A stretch of DNA of 64,000 nucleotides from a virus. The notes below the pieces were generated by a model. It saw only the letters and a program-made list of their open reading frames with translations, searched no databases and had not been told where the DNA came from. The position numbers and the translations under genes are program-made. This document shows positions 11,126 through 21,382 of the stretch, piece after piece (position 1 is the first letter of the stretch; each line of letters starts with the position of its first letter). Location of the stretch: IMG/VR virus record IMGVR_UViG_3300020079_000009, one strand, 5' to 3'.

Positions 11126-11968
11126 TTACTGAATTCTCATAATCTTAACGCCACGCTGATGGTCAGGCATAGTATATACCTTAACTACCTGCCAGAGCAT
11201 ACCAGTTTCAGCCTCAGTTGGCTCAAGGATACCCTTAGCACCTGGAGTAAGAATGTCACCAACTGCCAATTCAGTTGCGTTGATTGTGTTAGTAGTCATA
11301 ATGTCACCAACGTTAGTCTTGAAGACACGTGGAACCATAGTTGTGCCAGTAGGCATCATTTTCTCTTCGTATTCACGAAGCTTCATAAACAATCTCTTTC
11401 TATCTTCCTCAGCGATATCTGGGTTGTTAATATCAGAGAGCTCATAATAATCATGATACTTAGCAGCAACAGAGAAGTCAGCAACTACCTGATTACCGTC
11501 AGCATCAAGAACTGGCTTACCATCTTTACCATAAACAGGGAAAGCATCGCCAAGGTCTTTAAAAGTCTTGGTTACTGGGTCATAAACTTCTCTTACACCC
11601 TGCAAGAAACGAGTAGGACCGTACATCTCCTGAGCCTTCTCGCCATCAAGTGGGCTGTATACACGAGCACCATAATGCTCCTTAACGAGTGCGAACTCGC
11701 AATCTAACTGCTCTTCACGATAAAGTTTTGTCTCATTATAAACGAGCATCCATTCGCCCTTACCGGTAAAGTTAACAAGGCCGTTTGCATAGTCATACTT
11801 AACAAACTGTCCCTGCTCGAGAACTTCAATATCGGAAGCTGCAGGAAGCTGAGCGTAAATCTGAGCTGTACGCTGTGCAGACAAGTGGTTAGGCTCAACC
11901 TGACCATAGCCTACTTCAACGTAGGAAGCCTGAGACTTAATGCTCTTTTTAAGCAATTCTCTAAGCAT
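11126..11968 (-). CDS. hypothetical head protein (scaffold/decoration candidate)
   Basis: 280-aa ORF between the morphogenesis and capsid genes; same optimal-codon bias. Confidence 0.3.
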   Translation of the reverse strand: MLRELLKKSIKSQASYVEVGYGQVEPNHLSAQRTAQIYAQLPAASDIEVLEQGQFVKYDYANGLVNFTGKGEWMLVYNETKLYREEQLDCEFALVKEHYGARVYSPLDGEKAQEMYGPTRFLQGVREVYDPVTKTFKDLGDAFPVYGKDGKPVLDADGNQVVADFSVAAKYHDYYELSDINNPDIAEEDRKRLFMKLREYEEKMMPTGTTMVPRVFKTNVGDIMTTNTINATELAVGDILTPGAKGILEPTEAETGMLWQVVKVYTMPDHQRGVKIMRIQ

Positions 11969-11998
11969 TTCTATATTTCCTCCTTAAAATTTTTTCAC

Positions 11999-13720
11999 TT
12001 AGTTCATAGATTTCGCAACATTGCGAAGTGACTTAACCCAAGCAGGAACGTTTTCGTCCCCCATACCACCATCTAAGCTATATGTGGTAGGCTTGTTGTT
12101 TTTATCATCTTTATCTTCATCAAGGTTGAAATTGACCTTGTTGCGAACACAAATAATTGAAAGCTTTGCTTCAATTTCATCAAGAGAATAAGTATCAATG
12201 TTGTCAATAACATCTTTCTTCTCTTCATCAGAAAGCATATAGAAACTTGCAATCATAGCTTCTTTATCTTTCTTTTCAATAGATTTCTTGAACTCGACCA
12301 ACTTAGCCATTTCAGCTTTCATGTTGTTATAGTCGGTTTCAAGAGCAGAATATTTCTGACTAAGCTCTACATACTCTTCAATTTCATCCAAGTTGTATTT
12401 GCCTTTCTTGCCCTTGTTTTCGTCATCATCCTCTTCATCCTCGCACTCACACTCGGAAATAGGCTTGCCGCACTTAGGACACTTCTCTTCGTCCTCGTCA
12501 TCATCCTCGGACTTAGCAAACTTAGTCTTCTTTTTCTTCTTCTTATCTTCGTCATCATCGGCGTCGTCGTCATCAGAATCATCTTCATCATCCTCTTCGC
12601 CTGACTTCTTCTTGTCTTCTGGGTCTTCCTTACCTTCCTCGCCAGGCTTCTTGGACTCATCATCGTCCTCATCCTCTTCAGCCTTTTTCTTCTTCTTAGC
12701 ATATTCAAGCTCGAAAGCTTCAACATCCTCAAGAGCGAACTGTGGCTGAGCCGCAGGAACATAAGTCTTAGTTACTTCAACCAATTCGGCAGAAGCAGCA
12801 AAACCTGTATTGTCATCCAAAGAGAAATTCATTCTAAAGTACTTGCTATTAGAACGATTCTGAAGAATAGCGAACTTTTGACTACCTTCCTCATAAATGC
12901 CTTCAATTCTATAAATAGAATCATACACATAACCCTCGTCATTAGCACGTGGATATGTATGCTCTAAATAAGAATAGATAGCACTCCATAAGGAATCGCC
13001 AATTTCAACAGCATATCTTGTAAACACTGTAGGCGCTCCTCCTTCATTTAGAACTTTCTTGATTTCATTCATCATTGAGAAGAGCTGCTCCTTGAAGCCA
13101 TCCTCAAATGAGAATGTGATTTGTGGCGAAGTGATATTGGCCCCCTCGAAACAAGGTTCGCAATCTTCACCTAAAACACAAAGTTTTGAAATAATTGCCT
13201 CATTTATAATGAAAAACTGAGGCTTTCCTTTACTATCTTTTGTCCAAAACGCATCAATTAAATCTTCATCTAATTCCATTGACTGGTTATTACCCTCGTC
13301 AATGATTCTTTGCGCTTCAGGATACTGACCTGTCCAAATATAGCCTTCGGTCATTAGATATTCACGCTCAATCTGTCCATCGTCTAAAAACTTCTGGAAC
13401 CAAACCTTTGCACCTAAATCGACAAAGCCATATGGTCGTGTTTTATCTTTAATAGTAAATTTTCCATTGGAAATATCAATAACTCGATTGTGCTCTTCAA
13501 AGTCACCTTTTGCCTCATTGAAATAACCAACAATCGGACTGCCTGGAAGTGAGTTAGCCATGTCGCGCGCAACATCTTTAGTAATAATACTTTTGTTGCG
13601 ATTAGGCTCGTCACTTACATAGCAAACCTTAATTTGACATTTAGAAATCAGTGGGTTAAGAGGAGTGACATTAATAAACTCACAAGGAGTTTCCAACTTA
13701 ATACTTGTATGTTGAGCCAT
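11999..13720 (-). CDS. head morphogenesis protein with extreme acidic/lysine low-complexity linker and CxxC zinc ribbon (possible prohead protease/scaffold fusion)
   Basis: 573-aa ORF directly after the portal. Central ~110 aa are runs of D/E and K (KKKKKAEEDEDDDESKK...DDDEDKKKKKK) with a CPKCGKPISECEC motif, followed by a coiled-coil-like C-terminus. Confidence 0.4.
   Translation of the reverse strand: MAQHTSIKLETPCEFINVTPLNPLISKCQIKVCYVSDEPNRNKSIITKDVARDMANSLPGSPIVGYFNEAKGDFEEHNRVIDISNGKFTIKDKTRPYGFVDLGAKVWFQKFLDDGQIEREYLMTEGYIWTGQYPEAQRIIDEGNNQSMELDEDLIDAFWTKDSKGKPQFFIINEAIISKLCVLGEDCEPCFEGANITSPQITFSFEDGFKEQLFSMMNEIKKVLNEGGAPTVFTRYAVEIGDSLWSAIYSYLEHTYPRANDEGYVYDSIYRIEGIYEEGSQKFAILQNRSNSKYFRMNFSLDDNTGFAASAELVEVTKTYVPAAQPQFALEDVEAFELEYAKKKKKAEEDEDDDESKKPGEEGKEDPEDKKKSGEEDDEDDSDDDDADDDEDKKKKKKTKFAKSEDDDEDEEKCPKCGKPISECECEDEEDDDENKGKKGKYNLDEIEEYVELSQKYSALETDYNNMKAEMAKLVEFKKSIEKKDKEAMIASFYMLSDEEKKDVIDNIDTYSLDEIEAKLSIICVRNKVNFNLDEDKDDKNNKPTTYSLDGGMGDENVPAWVKSLRNVAKSMN
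12390..12760 (-). repeat. low-complexity GAA/GAT/AAG codon run encoding the D/E/K linker of the head morphogenesis protein
   Basis: Plus strand shows tcatc/ttctt runs; generates spurious overlapping ORFs (12367..12762, 12393..12749). Confidence 0.5.
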
Positions 13721-13730
13721 AGTATCCTCC

Positions 13731-15401
13731 TTAACTCATAGATTCTTTATTTTGAATGGTTTTTTCACTTTTCTGGTCGTCTGCCTTTTCTGGTCGACCG
13801 GCTTGCTTTTCTGAAGAATTCCCTTCTGATACTTTTTGAGAATTGTTTGAGACTGATTTATTATTTTCGCCCCCGCCTTTTAAATCTTCCATTTTCATAG
13901 TAGAAGACATAAGTGGAGGAATCATAACTTCACTCAACTTCAAAATCTCATTCTCAAACTTAGCAGTAGCCAAAATCGCACTCTGGGTATGACCAAGAGC
14001 AATCTGAGGCAACATCTTAGAATAGCCCATTTGAACTTGCTCTTTATACAACTTGGAAAGTTCCTTATAGTTGTATTGAGTAGTTTCTAACATATAGAAT
14101 TTAAATTTATATTTCTTCCTTTGAGTGTTGAGCTGTTGCACAACATCATTGAAAAATATATGGAATTGCAAAAGTAATGTTCTCATACTTGCTTCGTCTG
14201 ACAAAATTGATTTCTCAAGACTTAAGTTACCATCAGTATTAAATAAGTTATTTGAAACACCGAAAGAGTTATATACCGCACGCTCTACACGCTCAAGTTC
14301 ATCGGTAGAAGTGCTTGTAGTCTTGTCTGAAGTATCCACGGAGTCGATGTCCGCAAATGTTGTCAAAACGTCAACACCAATAGCATTACGTAACATTTGT
14401 ACTGCATTATTATGGATATCTCTTGCTTCATCCACGTCGAAAATCAAATCGCCATTTTTATCCATAGGAAGTTTCTGAACAATAATTTTCAACAACTTTT
14501 GCATCTGCTTGCGGCGGTCTAAATCCTGCGCCGCGTCTAAGTCAAGGATGGCTGGAATAGCATTGATAAACAAAGGAATATCATTTCCGTTACCACTTCC
14601 ACCATTTCCAAAACTAAATTTGACAGTGCTGTCTGGGTCAAGAAGATACCAGCCAGTGTCGCCGAGAAGATCGGTGCGCAATCTACTGTCAATGGTTCTT
14701 GTTTCACTATAATCAGGCTTTAATCTTCCCTGTTTGTAAGCCATATAACCCTTAGCAAACTCTTCTGGGAACATTTTTAGAACTTTCATACGGTAAACAG
14801 TGTCGGGGAATTCATTATCGAAAAATTTCATATTGAATTCAATTGCCGGCTTATTACCAATAAAGTATCTTACTCGACAGTACTTAATAGGAAGTTCCTG
14901 GAGAATGATACCATTTCCACTTGGGACAATATAACCATAATAGCAACCATTTTTGATTACACTAAGTGCAATATTGTCACACATCAACTTGATGTGAGTG
15001 GAGTCAAGGAAGTCAAGCATCTTTTGGAAATCCTTAATAATCTTATCTTCCTTGACAGCATCATCAAAAATCTCTGGAACAATATACCAGTCCCATCTGT
15101 ACATATTTGCGAAATATTCACAAACGCGTTTATAGATACCACTTGTTTTATAAAAGTAATTTGAGATTTCTCTTAATTGCTCGGTGTCATTATCGTACAA
15201 GGCACGATAAATCGCAGCCTTATCAATTCTGAAGCGGGTTGCATGTTTCAAACTGCCCAGATTCAATACGGCATCATCGAGCGATTTTACTCCGACCTTC
15301 ATCTTACCGTAACGAGTAGTTCCTCCCATATCAAAGCCTTTGGAGTGAATAGCGTCCTGTCTACTTGGCTCGTAGAGAGGATTTTCTCTAATCTCTTCCA
15401 A
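13731..15401 (-). CDS. probable portal protein
   Basis: 556-aa ORF immediately downstream of the terminase region (canonical order); size typical of a portal. Confidence 0.5.
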   Translation of the reverse strand: MEEIRENPLYEPSRQDAIHSKGFDMGGTTRYGKMKVGVKSLDDAVLNLGSLKHATRFRIDKAAIYRALYDNDTEQLREISNYFYKTSGIYKRVCEYFANMYRWDWYIVPEIFDDAVKEDKIIKDFQKMLDFLDSTHIKLMCDNIALSVIKNGCYYGYIVPSGNGIILQELPIKYCRVRYFIGNKPAIEFNMKFFDNEFPDTVYRMKVLKMFPEEFAKGYMAYKQGRLKPDYSETRTIDSRLRTDLLGDTGWYLLDPDSTVKFSFGNGGSGNGNDIPLFINAIPAILDLDAAQDLDRRKQMQKLLKIIVQKLPMDKNGDLIFDVDEARDIHNNAVQMLRNAIGVDVLTTFADIDSVDTSDKTTSTSTDELERVERAVYNSFGVSNNLFNTDGNLSLEKSILSDEASMRTLLLQFHIFFNDVVQQLNTQRKKYKFKFYMLETTQYNYKELSKLYKEQVQMGYSKMLPQIALGHTQSAILATAKFENEILKLSEVMIPPLMSSTMKMEDLKGGGENNKSVSNNSQKVSEGNSSEKQAGRPEKADDQKSEKTIQNKESMS

Positions 15402-15413
15402 AACCTTACCTCC

Positions 15414-15770
15414 TTAATAACCCGCTTTCTCCATGATATAATCATAAGAAATCAGATTTTCATCAGTATATGGAATTTCTATTAACTTAAAGTCATGCAA
15501 GGCGCAAAATCTTCTCTTGTTATTATCATTATACTGCTGTTGGTAGAAACCTCTTTTACCACCAAACTTTTGACTTGGTTCATAATGTTGTCTACCTTGA
15601 TACTCAATAATAAAATCAATTTTGCCATCATCATCAAAAACAACGAAATCAAAACGCAGAGGTCTGCCATTGGGACTTCTCAAGTCTTGAAAGCTATATT
15701 CCATTCTAAATGGTAATCCAGCTTCTGTCAAAACTTCTTCAATCTTGATTTCTCCTCTTGAAGCTCGCAT
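15414..15770 (-). CDS. small nuclease-like protein (PD-(D/E)xK-like motif FDFVVFDDDGKIDFIIEYQG), possible homing-endonuclease-type insertion
   Basis: 118-aa ORF inserted between the terminase and portal; motif resembles a restriction-endonuclease-like fold. Confidence 0.3.
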   Translation of the reverse strand: MRASRGEIKIEEVLTEAGLPFRMEYSFQDLRSPNGRPLRFDFVVFDDDGKIDFIIEYQGRQHYEPSQKFGGKRGFYQQQYNDNNKRRFCALHDFKLIEIPYTDENLISYDYIMEKAGY

Positions 15771-15785
15771 AGGCTCCCTCCTTTC

Positions 15786-17525
15786 TTAATTCATAAAGCA
15801 CCAGTCTTTAGCATTGAATTTCTTTTTACGTTTCTTATTTTCTTCTACTTGTTTAATATAGTATAATCCATATTCAAAAGCGGAGAATTTATCCTTGCGG
15901 ATACCTTTGTTCGCTTGTTTCAAAATAATGTTTACGCCTTCATTTTCTTCTCGTAAGTTCATCATTTCCTCTTTTAATATGGAAGTTAGGGTAAATGGTT
16001 TTAAATATTCTGCCCTTTCCTCAGGTTTCATATTCTGACCAACCTTGGTGCCAAGCAACTTAGTCTTAGCAACACGCTCGTCAATAAGAAGTTTAACTTT
16101 ACCAGAAGATAACTGAGCTTGCGCATTTGCATGTGCTTCTGTATTGATTGGCGCATTTGCTTTAATCAAATACATAGCATCTTGTTCGGTAATGTTGGTC
16201 TTATACTTTTTATAGTATAACTCATCATCATTATAAACACCAAAGTCAGGATACGTATCTCCTGTATTTGGGTCAATCTGAGATTTAATCATATAGTCGA
16301 CCAAACCAATACCAAGACCATTGGCGTCGATTACGACTCTACGAGCTTTATACTTGTAGAACAGTTTCTTGATACGAATCGCTTGGTCTTCAAAGTGTTC
16401 ATCAGAGAATGTATAAATATTTACCAATGATTTGTATGCCGCACCCATTGATTGTGGGGTTACTTTAAATACACATACTACAGAATCACATCCCTTACGA
16501 CCAACGTCAACAGACAATACATAGAAAGCCTGCGCACTTGAGCGTCCAGAATGTTCCAATTCAGGTTTCTGTAAGTTGCGGTTTCTATCAAAGATTTCTC
16601 CATTGAAGAAAGCGTCAGCTACAGTACCAGTCCATTTTGATTCATACTCACGGTCGAAAGAAGCTTCATTGAAGGTTCCGTCCTTTTTCAGGTCTTGCAG
16701 GAAGTTTTTATCCAGCAACTTCATTAAAACAGGAATTCTCCAAGTTCCGCCCATTACCATTGCCTTGTGAGGCTCAGTAATCATCCAAACCAAGAGCTGT
16801 ATCAATTTATCATATGCAAATGTGTTTTTAAATCCGGCAGTAGTTACATAAATCTGCGACTTATTCAAAGTCTCATCAGGTTGAGTTGTGCCATCCATAC
16901 ACAAACGAGAAACGTTCATGGTAGGAATAATAACCTGAGAAAGAATATCGCCGTCAACACCAACGCACTCCTCTACGAGACCGCCATGTCGACGCTTACC
17001 TCTCGACTTCTCGGACGCCGCAATATTATCGAAATAAGAGCCATTTTTGAATACATAACAAACATAGTCCTTACCTTCACGCGTCTTACCCGGTCGGCGG
17101 TCAAGTTCTCGGTCAAAGGCCGGAACCAGCGTGCAAATTTCTGTAACTTTTTCTTTTACGATACCTGCAGCCTGCTCTTTACCACCAGAAGTAACGAATA
17201 ATTTACTACGTGGATATAAGATACAACGGCACATCAGTACCATAACAGATAAGAATGATTTTGAATACGCACGAGGGAACACCATGTATACATATTTGTA
17301 ACGCATAGCCGCACGCAAAAATACTCGTTGATAGAAGAAAAACTTTAATTTCCTTTCCTTTGTAGGGTCTCCGCCATCTTGGAGAAAATCAATGAACATG
17401 TCTGGATATTCGCGCCAATAGGCAATATATTGGCGCACCGCAGGCTTAATAGCTTCGATACGCTCTTCAGATAGTCCAATTTTCTTTCTCTTGGTAGAGA
17501 GGTCTAATAGGTCTTGAAGAGCCAT
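15786..17525 (-). CDS. terL: terminase large subunit
   Basis: 579-aa ORF. N-terminal ATPase Walker-A-like MVFPRAYSKSF. C-terminal RNase-H-like nuclease motifs VLSVDVGRKGCD and VVIDANGLGIGL typical of TerL. Confidence 0.8.
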   Translation of the reverse strand: MALQDLLDLSTKRKKIGLSEERIEAIKPAVRQYIAYWREYPDMFIDFLQDGGDPTKERKLKFFFYQRVFLRAAMRYKYVYMVFPRAYSKSFLSVMVLMCRCILYPRSKLFVTSGGKEQAAGIVKEKVTEICTLVPAFDRELDRRPGKTREGKDYVCYVFKNGSYFDNIAASEKSRGKRRHGGLVEECVGVDGDILSQVIIPTMNVSRLCMDGTTQPDETLNKSQIYVTTAGFKNTFAYDKLIQLLVWMITEPHKAMVMGGTWRIPVLMKLLDKNFLQDLKKDGTFNEASFDREYESKWTGTVADAFFNGEIFDRNRNLQKPELEHSGRSSAQAFYVLSVDVGRKGCDSVVCVFKVTPQSMGAAYKSLVNIYTFSDEHFEDQAIRIKKLFYKYKARRVVIDANGLGIGLVDYMIKSQIDPNTGDTYPDFGVYNDDELYYKKYKTNITEQDAMYLIKANAPINTEAHANAQAQLSSGKVKLLIDERVAKTKLLGTKVGQNMKPEERAEYLKPFTLTSILKEEMMNLREENEGVNIILKQANKGIRKDKFSAFEYGLYYIKQVEENKKRKKKFNAKDWCFMN

Positions 17526-18754
17526 TAGTCTTCCTCTCCATTCAAGAGTTTTTCAATGTAAGCGGTGTCGTATTCTTCGACATCCTCTTCAAATTCTCTA
17601 AATTCTTCGAAATCACTATCTGTGAGAACCTTAGTAGCACCATCCTCAAATAGTGCGGCTTCCATGAGTTCTTCCTCATCAGCTGCCTCAGATGCGCCAT
17701 CGGCCTCTCTTTGTTTTTCTTCTTCAATCTGTTTAATAGCACTTTCAATCAAGTTACCAAGGTTCATTTCCTCAGTTACCAGATTATAAGTGTAACTTTG
17801 TAAATCTTGTAATGTTCTATCAACCTTATCCTGTGGCCCGTCTGTATAATAACGAGGGATGAACCCATCCTTTTCGCAAATTGCCACAAGTTCGGAAATG
17901 GAGTCTACATACTCACCAGATTCTGCTTTATTCTGAGCCGCAGTAAACTTACCAGACTTCATAAGTCCGTCATACATTTTAATCATCTTCTGAGCACCAT
18001 CAACATCACCAATATCCAAGAGCTGATTAGCTTTCAAAGATGTTTTACAAACTAATTTCAATGTATCAATATGTCCCGCAGTTTGAATATCGTAAGAACT
18101 CATCATTTCTTCATACAACTGTTCCAACTTAATCCATTCTTCTGGTTTATAGGTTTTGCCCCACTTTAATCGCAAGTATGTTCTATCTTCTTCTGTTAAA
18201 TCATCATCAAAAGAAGTATCCTCTCCGGACTGCTGTGCGAAGTAATCATCTTCTTCAAAATAACCAGTCGGTCCAGTATAAGGAGTGTACTCAGGTTCTT
18301 TTAAAATCTCATCCGGGATTGTAAAAGTCGCCTTCGTAACAGCTTCATTAATTTGTATTGCGTCATAGCCTTGACGCTTCATAGTTTCTTCAATTTTTTT
18401 GTTAGCGACTTCTTGTAGATAATCAGTGTGTTCCCAACGATAATCTCGCCACTGTTTTAACTTCATCTTAGATAAGTATCTACCAAGAATTGTCATGCCA
18501 GTTAATTTAGATTTGTCTTTTCCGTAGGACGCAAGTAGCTTATTCCATTCATCTTGAACATAAGGTACATCGCATTCCTGCAGAATCCATAAATATGTAT
18601 CAGGGTTAAAATTGTCAACATGCATTGAAATACATTTCTTGCATTGTTTCAATTTTCCTTCTGGATATTTTTCTAAATTATTTGAACCATAAAATTGTTC
18701 TGCACTCATCGTTCTATTACATTTTTCGCAGTAGAACGTACGGTTATCTGCCAT
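17525..18754 (-). CDS. zinc-ribbon protein upstream of terL (possible terminase small subunit / DNA-binding packaging protein)
   Basis: 409-aa ORF; N-terminal CEKC...CKKC ribbon and acidic C-terminus; stop overlaps the terL start. Confidence 0.3.
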   Translation of the reverse strand: MADNRTFYCEKCNRTMSAEQFYGSNNLEKYPEGKLKQCKKCISMHVDNFNPDTYLWILQECDVPYVQDEWNKLLASYGKDKSKLTGMTILGRYLSKMKLKQWRDYRWEHTDYLQEVANKKIEETMKRQGYDAIQINEAVTKATFTIPDEILKEPEYTPYTGPTGYFEEDDYFAQQSGEDTSFDDDLTEEDRTYLRLKWGKTYKPEEWIKLEQLYEEMMSSYDIQTAGHIDTLKLVCKTSLKANQLLDIGDVDGAQKMIKMYDGLMKSGKFTAAQNKAESGEYVDSISELVAICEKDGFIPRYYTDGPQDKVDRTLQDLQSYTYNLVTEEMNLGNLIESAIKQIEEEKQREADGASEAADEEELMEAALFEDGATKVLTDSDFEEFREFEEDVEEYDTAYIEKLLNGEED

Positions 18755-18800
18755 GCTCGTTACCTCCTCTCTAATTTATTATAAAAATACCTGGCCGCAA

Positions 18801-19853
18801 TTATGACTTTTTGCCCTTTGAATTTCTGCAACATTTGCAAATAGAGTAAAAACCATCTTTGCTGGTCTTATTCTTAGAGAAGTATTTATTATGAGCAAGT
18901 TTAATTTGCCCGCATCGAGAGCATCTCTTGTACTTACCTTTTTCCTCATTGAGGAAATACCAATCTAAATATTCATCCTCGGCCGCAGAAGCTATCAAAC
19001 TTGGAATCTTCTTGCGCCAGAGGCTACTAATATACTCAAGAGAATGAGTAATACCAAATTCATCTTTCAGAATCTCTTGAATCTGAACATTTTGGAGTCC
19101 ATCAATTTTACATTCAACAATTCGCTCATAAAGTGGATAATCTGCTAATGCTTTTGTAGCAATATTGTCAAAGTCCTCCATTAAATACCAAGTGTTCGAA
19201 TCAAAGACTCCCCAACTGTCTTGTTTTAATCTTGAATAGTTACATAGGATGGCTTCGCATACTTTTGGGTCCACCAAAGTAACTCCTTTAGAAACGCAAT
19301 ACCCATTTTCATCTAAAGTAATTTCGCCATCCAATTGAATTGGATTTCTGCCATGCATTACTTTATTTAAAACAATTGGTTTGCGGAAAGCATCTTTAAC
19401 CAAGTACTGGTCCTTACGCAATTCAATAATAGCCTTTTTGGCAATGAAAGCGTCTCGACCTGTCGCTTTCTTCAAGATATTTTCCCAAACCTGAATGGCC
19501 TCTCTAATTTGCTGTAACTCTGGGATTTCTTCTAAATCTTTCTTTGTGATTGAAACTTTAGGTCTAAAAATTTGATTCTTGTCTTCTGTTATTAATCCAT
19601 AAATACCATCTTCGCCATTTTCAAATTGGGAAACAAGACCTTCAAAAGACGTTTCGCGCTTTGTAACTGTAGCCATACGGTTTTCAGTTAAAATCTTGCG
19701 CTCCTTTTTCTCTTGTTTCTCCATGCAGAGGATTAGGTAATCAGCGAGAATTTCCAGGTATTTATCACCTGGGTCTGGATTCTCTGCGAGAATCTTCTCA
19801 ACCAATGCCTTTCGCTCTTCTGGAGTTGTTAAACTGTAATCTAATTTAATCAT
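18801..19853 (-). CDS. hypothetical protein with C-terminal Cys-rich zinc finger (first gene of the leftward operon)
   Basis: 350-aa ORF directly downstream of minus-strand promoter TTGACT-17-TGGTATAAT. Confidence 0.3.
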   Translation of the reverse strand: MIKLDYSLTTPEERKALVEKILAENPDPGDKYLEILADYLILCMEKQEKKERKILTENRMATVTKRETSFEGLVSQFENGEDGIYGLITEDKNQIFRPKVSITKKDLEEIPELQQIREAIQVWENILKKATGRDAFIAKKAIIELRKDQYLVKDAFRKPIVLNKVMHGRNPIQLDGEITLDENGYCVSKGVTLVDPKVCEAILCNYSRLKQDSWGVFDSNTWYLMEDFDNIATKALADYPLYERIVECKIDGLQNVQIQEILKDEFGITHSLEYISSLWRKKIPSLIASAAEDEYLDWYFLNEEKGKYKRCSRCGQIKLAHNKYFSKNKTSKDGFYSICKCCRNSKGKKS

Positions 19854-19859
19854 CTTTAA

Positions 19860-19900
19860 CCTCCAGTCTTATACTATAATTATACCAGAAAATTTTCGAA
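19860..19900 (-). promoter_or_regulatory. leftward (late/structural operon) sigma-A-type promoter TTGACT-N17-TATAAT with TGG extended -10
   Basis: Reverse complement of 19860-19900 reads gggTTGACTtttcgaaaattttctggTATAATtatagtataagactGGAGGttaaagATG, leading into the 18801..19853 gene. Confidence 0.6.
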
Positions 19901-19927
19901 AAGTCAACCCGCACTGGAAACCGAATG

Positions 19928-19956
19928 TTGACAAATTAAAAATTTTTTGGTATAAT
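19928..19956 (+). promoter_or_regulatory. rightward promoter TTGACA-N17-TGGTATAAT, divergent from the structural-operon promoter
   Basis: tgTTGACAaattaaaaattttttggTATAAT, followed by RBS GGAAAGGA and ATG 19989. Confidence 0.6.
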
Positions 19957-19988
19957 ATTAGTAAATATGAGGAAAGGATATTGGAGAT

Positions 19989-20336
19989 ATGAAAGTATTA
20001 CTTTATATCCTCGCATTCTTCCTTCTTTCACTCTTGGTTGGAATTATATATTGTTGTATTGCGGTAAGTAAAAATAAAGGTCAAGAGTTTTACGATGACA
20101 AGTGGATTGGTTCTTTAACCCTTGTTGAACATTTTAATCAAACAGAACATAGTGAATTATTTTATTGTGAAAATCACTATGAGCATTTAAATGCAAAAAT
20201 GCAATTGGTTATTTGCCACAAGAGGGCGCCGAGCGCAGAAGAATCTCCTTGGGACGGAGTCCCAAGGGAAATACATAAAGCACAAGTTATTGAGTTGGAG
20301 GGGAGATACTTTTGGCGGGAACTTGGATTGCAATAA
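19989..20336 (+). CDS. membrane-anchored protein (N-terminal TM helix)
   Basis: 115-aa ORF with hydrophobic N-terminus MKVLLYILAFFLLSLLVGIIYCCIAV. Confidence 0.4.
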   Translation: MKVLLYILAFFLLSLLVGIIYCCIAVSKNKGQEFYDDKWIGSLTLVEHFNQTEHSELFYCENHYEHLNAKMQLVICHKRAPSAEESPWDGVPREIHKAQVIELEGRYFWRELGLQ

Positions 20337-20545
20337 TCTTGTGGGGAGTTATTTCCACAATTACATTTATTCCACATATGCCTGCATGCAAAGAGCTTAG
20401 CAGCGCAGATAAATTTACAGTTATGGTCATATTTTTAATCGGAGGGCCATTTTTTGCAATATCTAATATTCTTGAAGAATTATTAAATTGCATTATGCCA
20501 CCTGGTTGGGGAGGAGACGACGATGATTTCTTCAACAAATACTAA
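20312..20545 (+). CDS. small two-TM membrane protein
   Basis: 77-aa ORF with two hydrophobic segments and acidic C-terminus GGDDDDFF. Confidence 0.35.
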   Translation: MAGTWIAIILWGVISTITFIPHMPACKELSSADKFTVMVIFLIGGPFFAISNILEELLNCIMPPGWGGDDDDFFNKY

Positions 20546-21380
20546 TTTTGAACTAAAAAATATTAAAGAGTTTTGTGCCGATTGGAAAGCCAGTCTTAAA
20601 GATCGGCTGAGCGGGCAGCGCGCAATCCTTCATATTATTCAAGTTGGTGACAATCCCGCATCAACACGCTATGTTCGCAATAAAGTGAAGGACGCACAGG
20701 AAGTGGGCATCGAAGCGCAGGTTATTCATTTTCCAGAATCAGTAACCCAAGAGACTGTCGAACAATCCATTATTCAAATTGTTCAGACTAATGCTGAAAA
20801 TCCAGCTGGCATTATTGTGCAGTTGCCATTACCAATTCATTTGGATAAAAATAGAATTACAAGACTTATCCCAAGCCGCATGGATGTAGATGGATTTAAG
20901 AATGATAGTCCTTATTTCCCTTGCACTCCTCTTGGTATTATCACATATCTGAAAGCATGCAATTTCAATTTTGAGGGGGCAAATGCGGTAGTAATTGGAC
21001 GTTCTGAGATTGTAGGGAAACCCGTCGCAGAAATGTTGGTAGATTTGAATTGCACAGTTACATTGTGCCATAGTAAAACAAAGAATTTGCATACCTTTAT
21101 TGATAGCGCAGACTTGATAATTTGCGCGGTGGGTAAGGCCGGATTCCTGAACTGCTATCCGATCTACGTACCGGTTATTGATGTAGGTATTAATTTTAAT
21201 GAAGAAGGTAAAATGGTTGGAGACTGTATTAATACCGAGAATAGACTGGTAACCCCAGTTCCGGGTGGAGTTGGTCTTTTAACCAGATGCGCACTCTTGG
21301 AAAATATGGCGGTAGCCAAGCTGTTGTTTGAAAATCCTCGGCTTGACGAGGCGCAAATTCCAATTAAATTAGGAGAATAA
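20523..21380 (+). CDS. folD: bifunctional methylenetetrahydrofolate dehydrogenase/cyclohydrolase
   Basis: Collinear FolD motifs: VGDNPAS..YVRNKVK, VQLPLP, MDVDGF, PCTPLG, VVIGRSEIVGKP, CHSKTKNL, ADLIICAVGK, VIDVGIN, VTPVPGGVG. Confidence 0.9.
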   Translation: MISSTNTNFELKNIKEFCADWKASLKDRLSGQRAILHIIQVGDNPASTRYVRNKVKDAQEVGIEAQVIHFPESVTQETVEQSIIQIVQTNAENPAGIIVQLPLPIHLDKNRITRLIPSRMDVDGFKNDSPYFPCTPLGIITYLKACNFNFEGANAVVIGRSEIVGKPVAEMLVDLNCTVTLCHSKTKNLHTFIDSADLIICAVGKAGFLNCYPIYVPVIDVGINFNEEGKMVGDCINTENRLVTPVPGGVGLLTRCALLENMAVAKLLFENPRLDEAQIPIKLGE

Positions 21381-21382
21381 AA

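Noticed and set aside
12367-12762. ORFs 12367-12762 (-) and 12393-12749 (+) inside the acidic linker region.
   Set aside because: Generated by the GAA/GAT/AAG codon run; alternative-frame products are poly-Ser or poly-Arg/Met nonsense.
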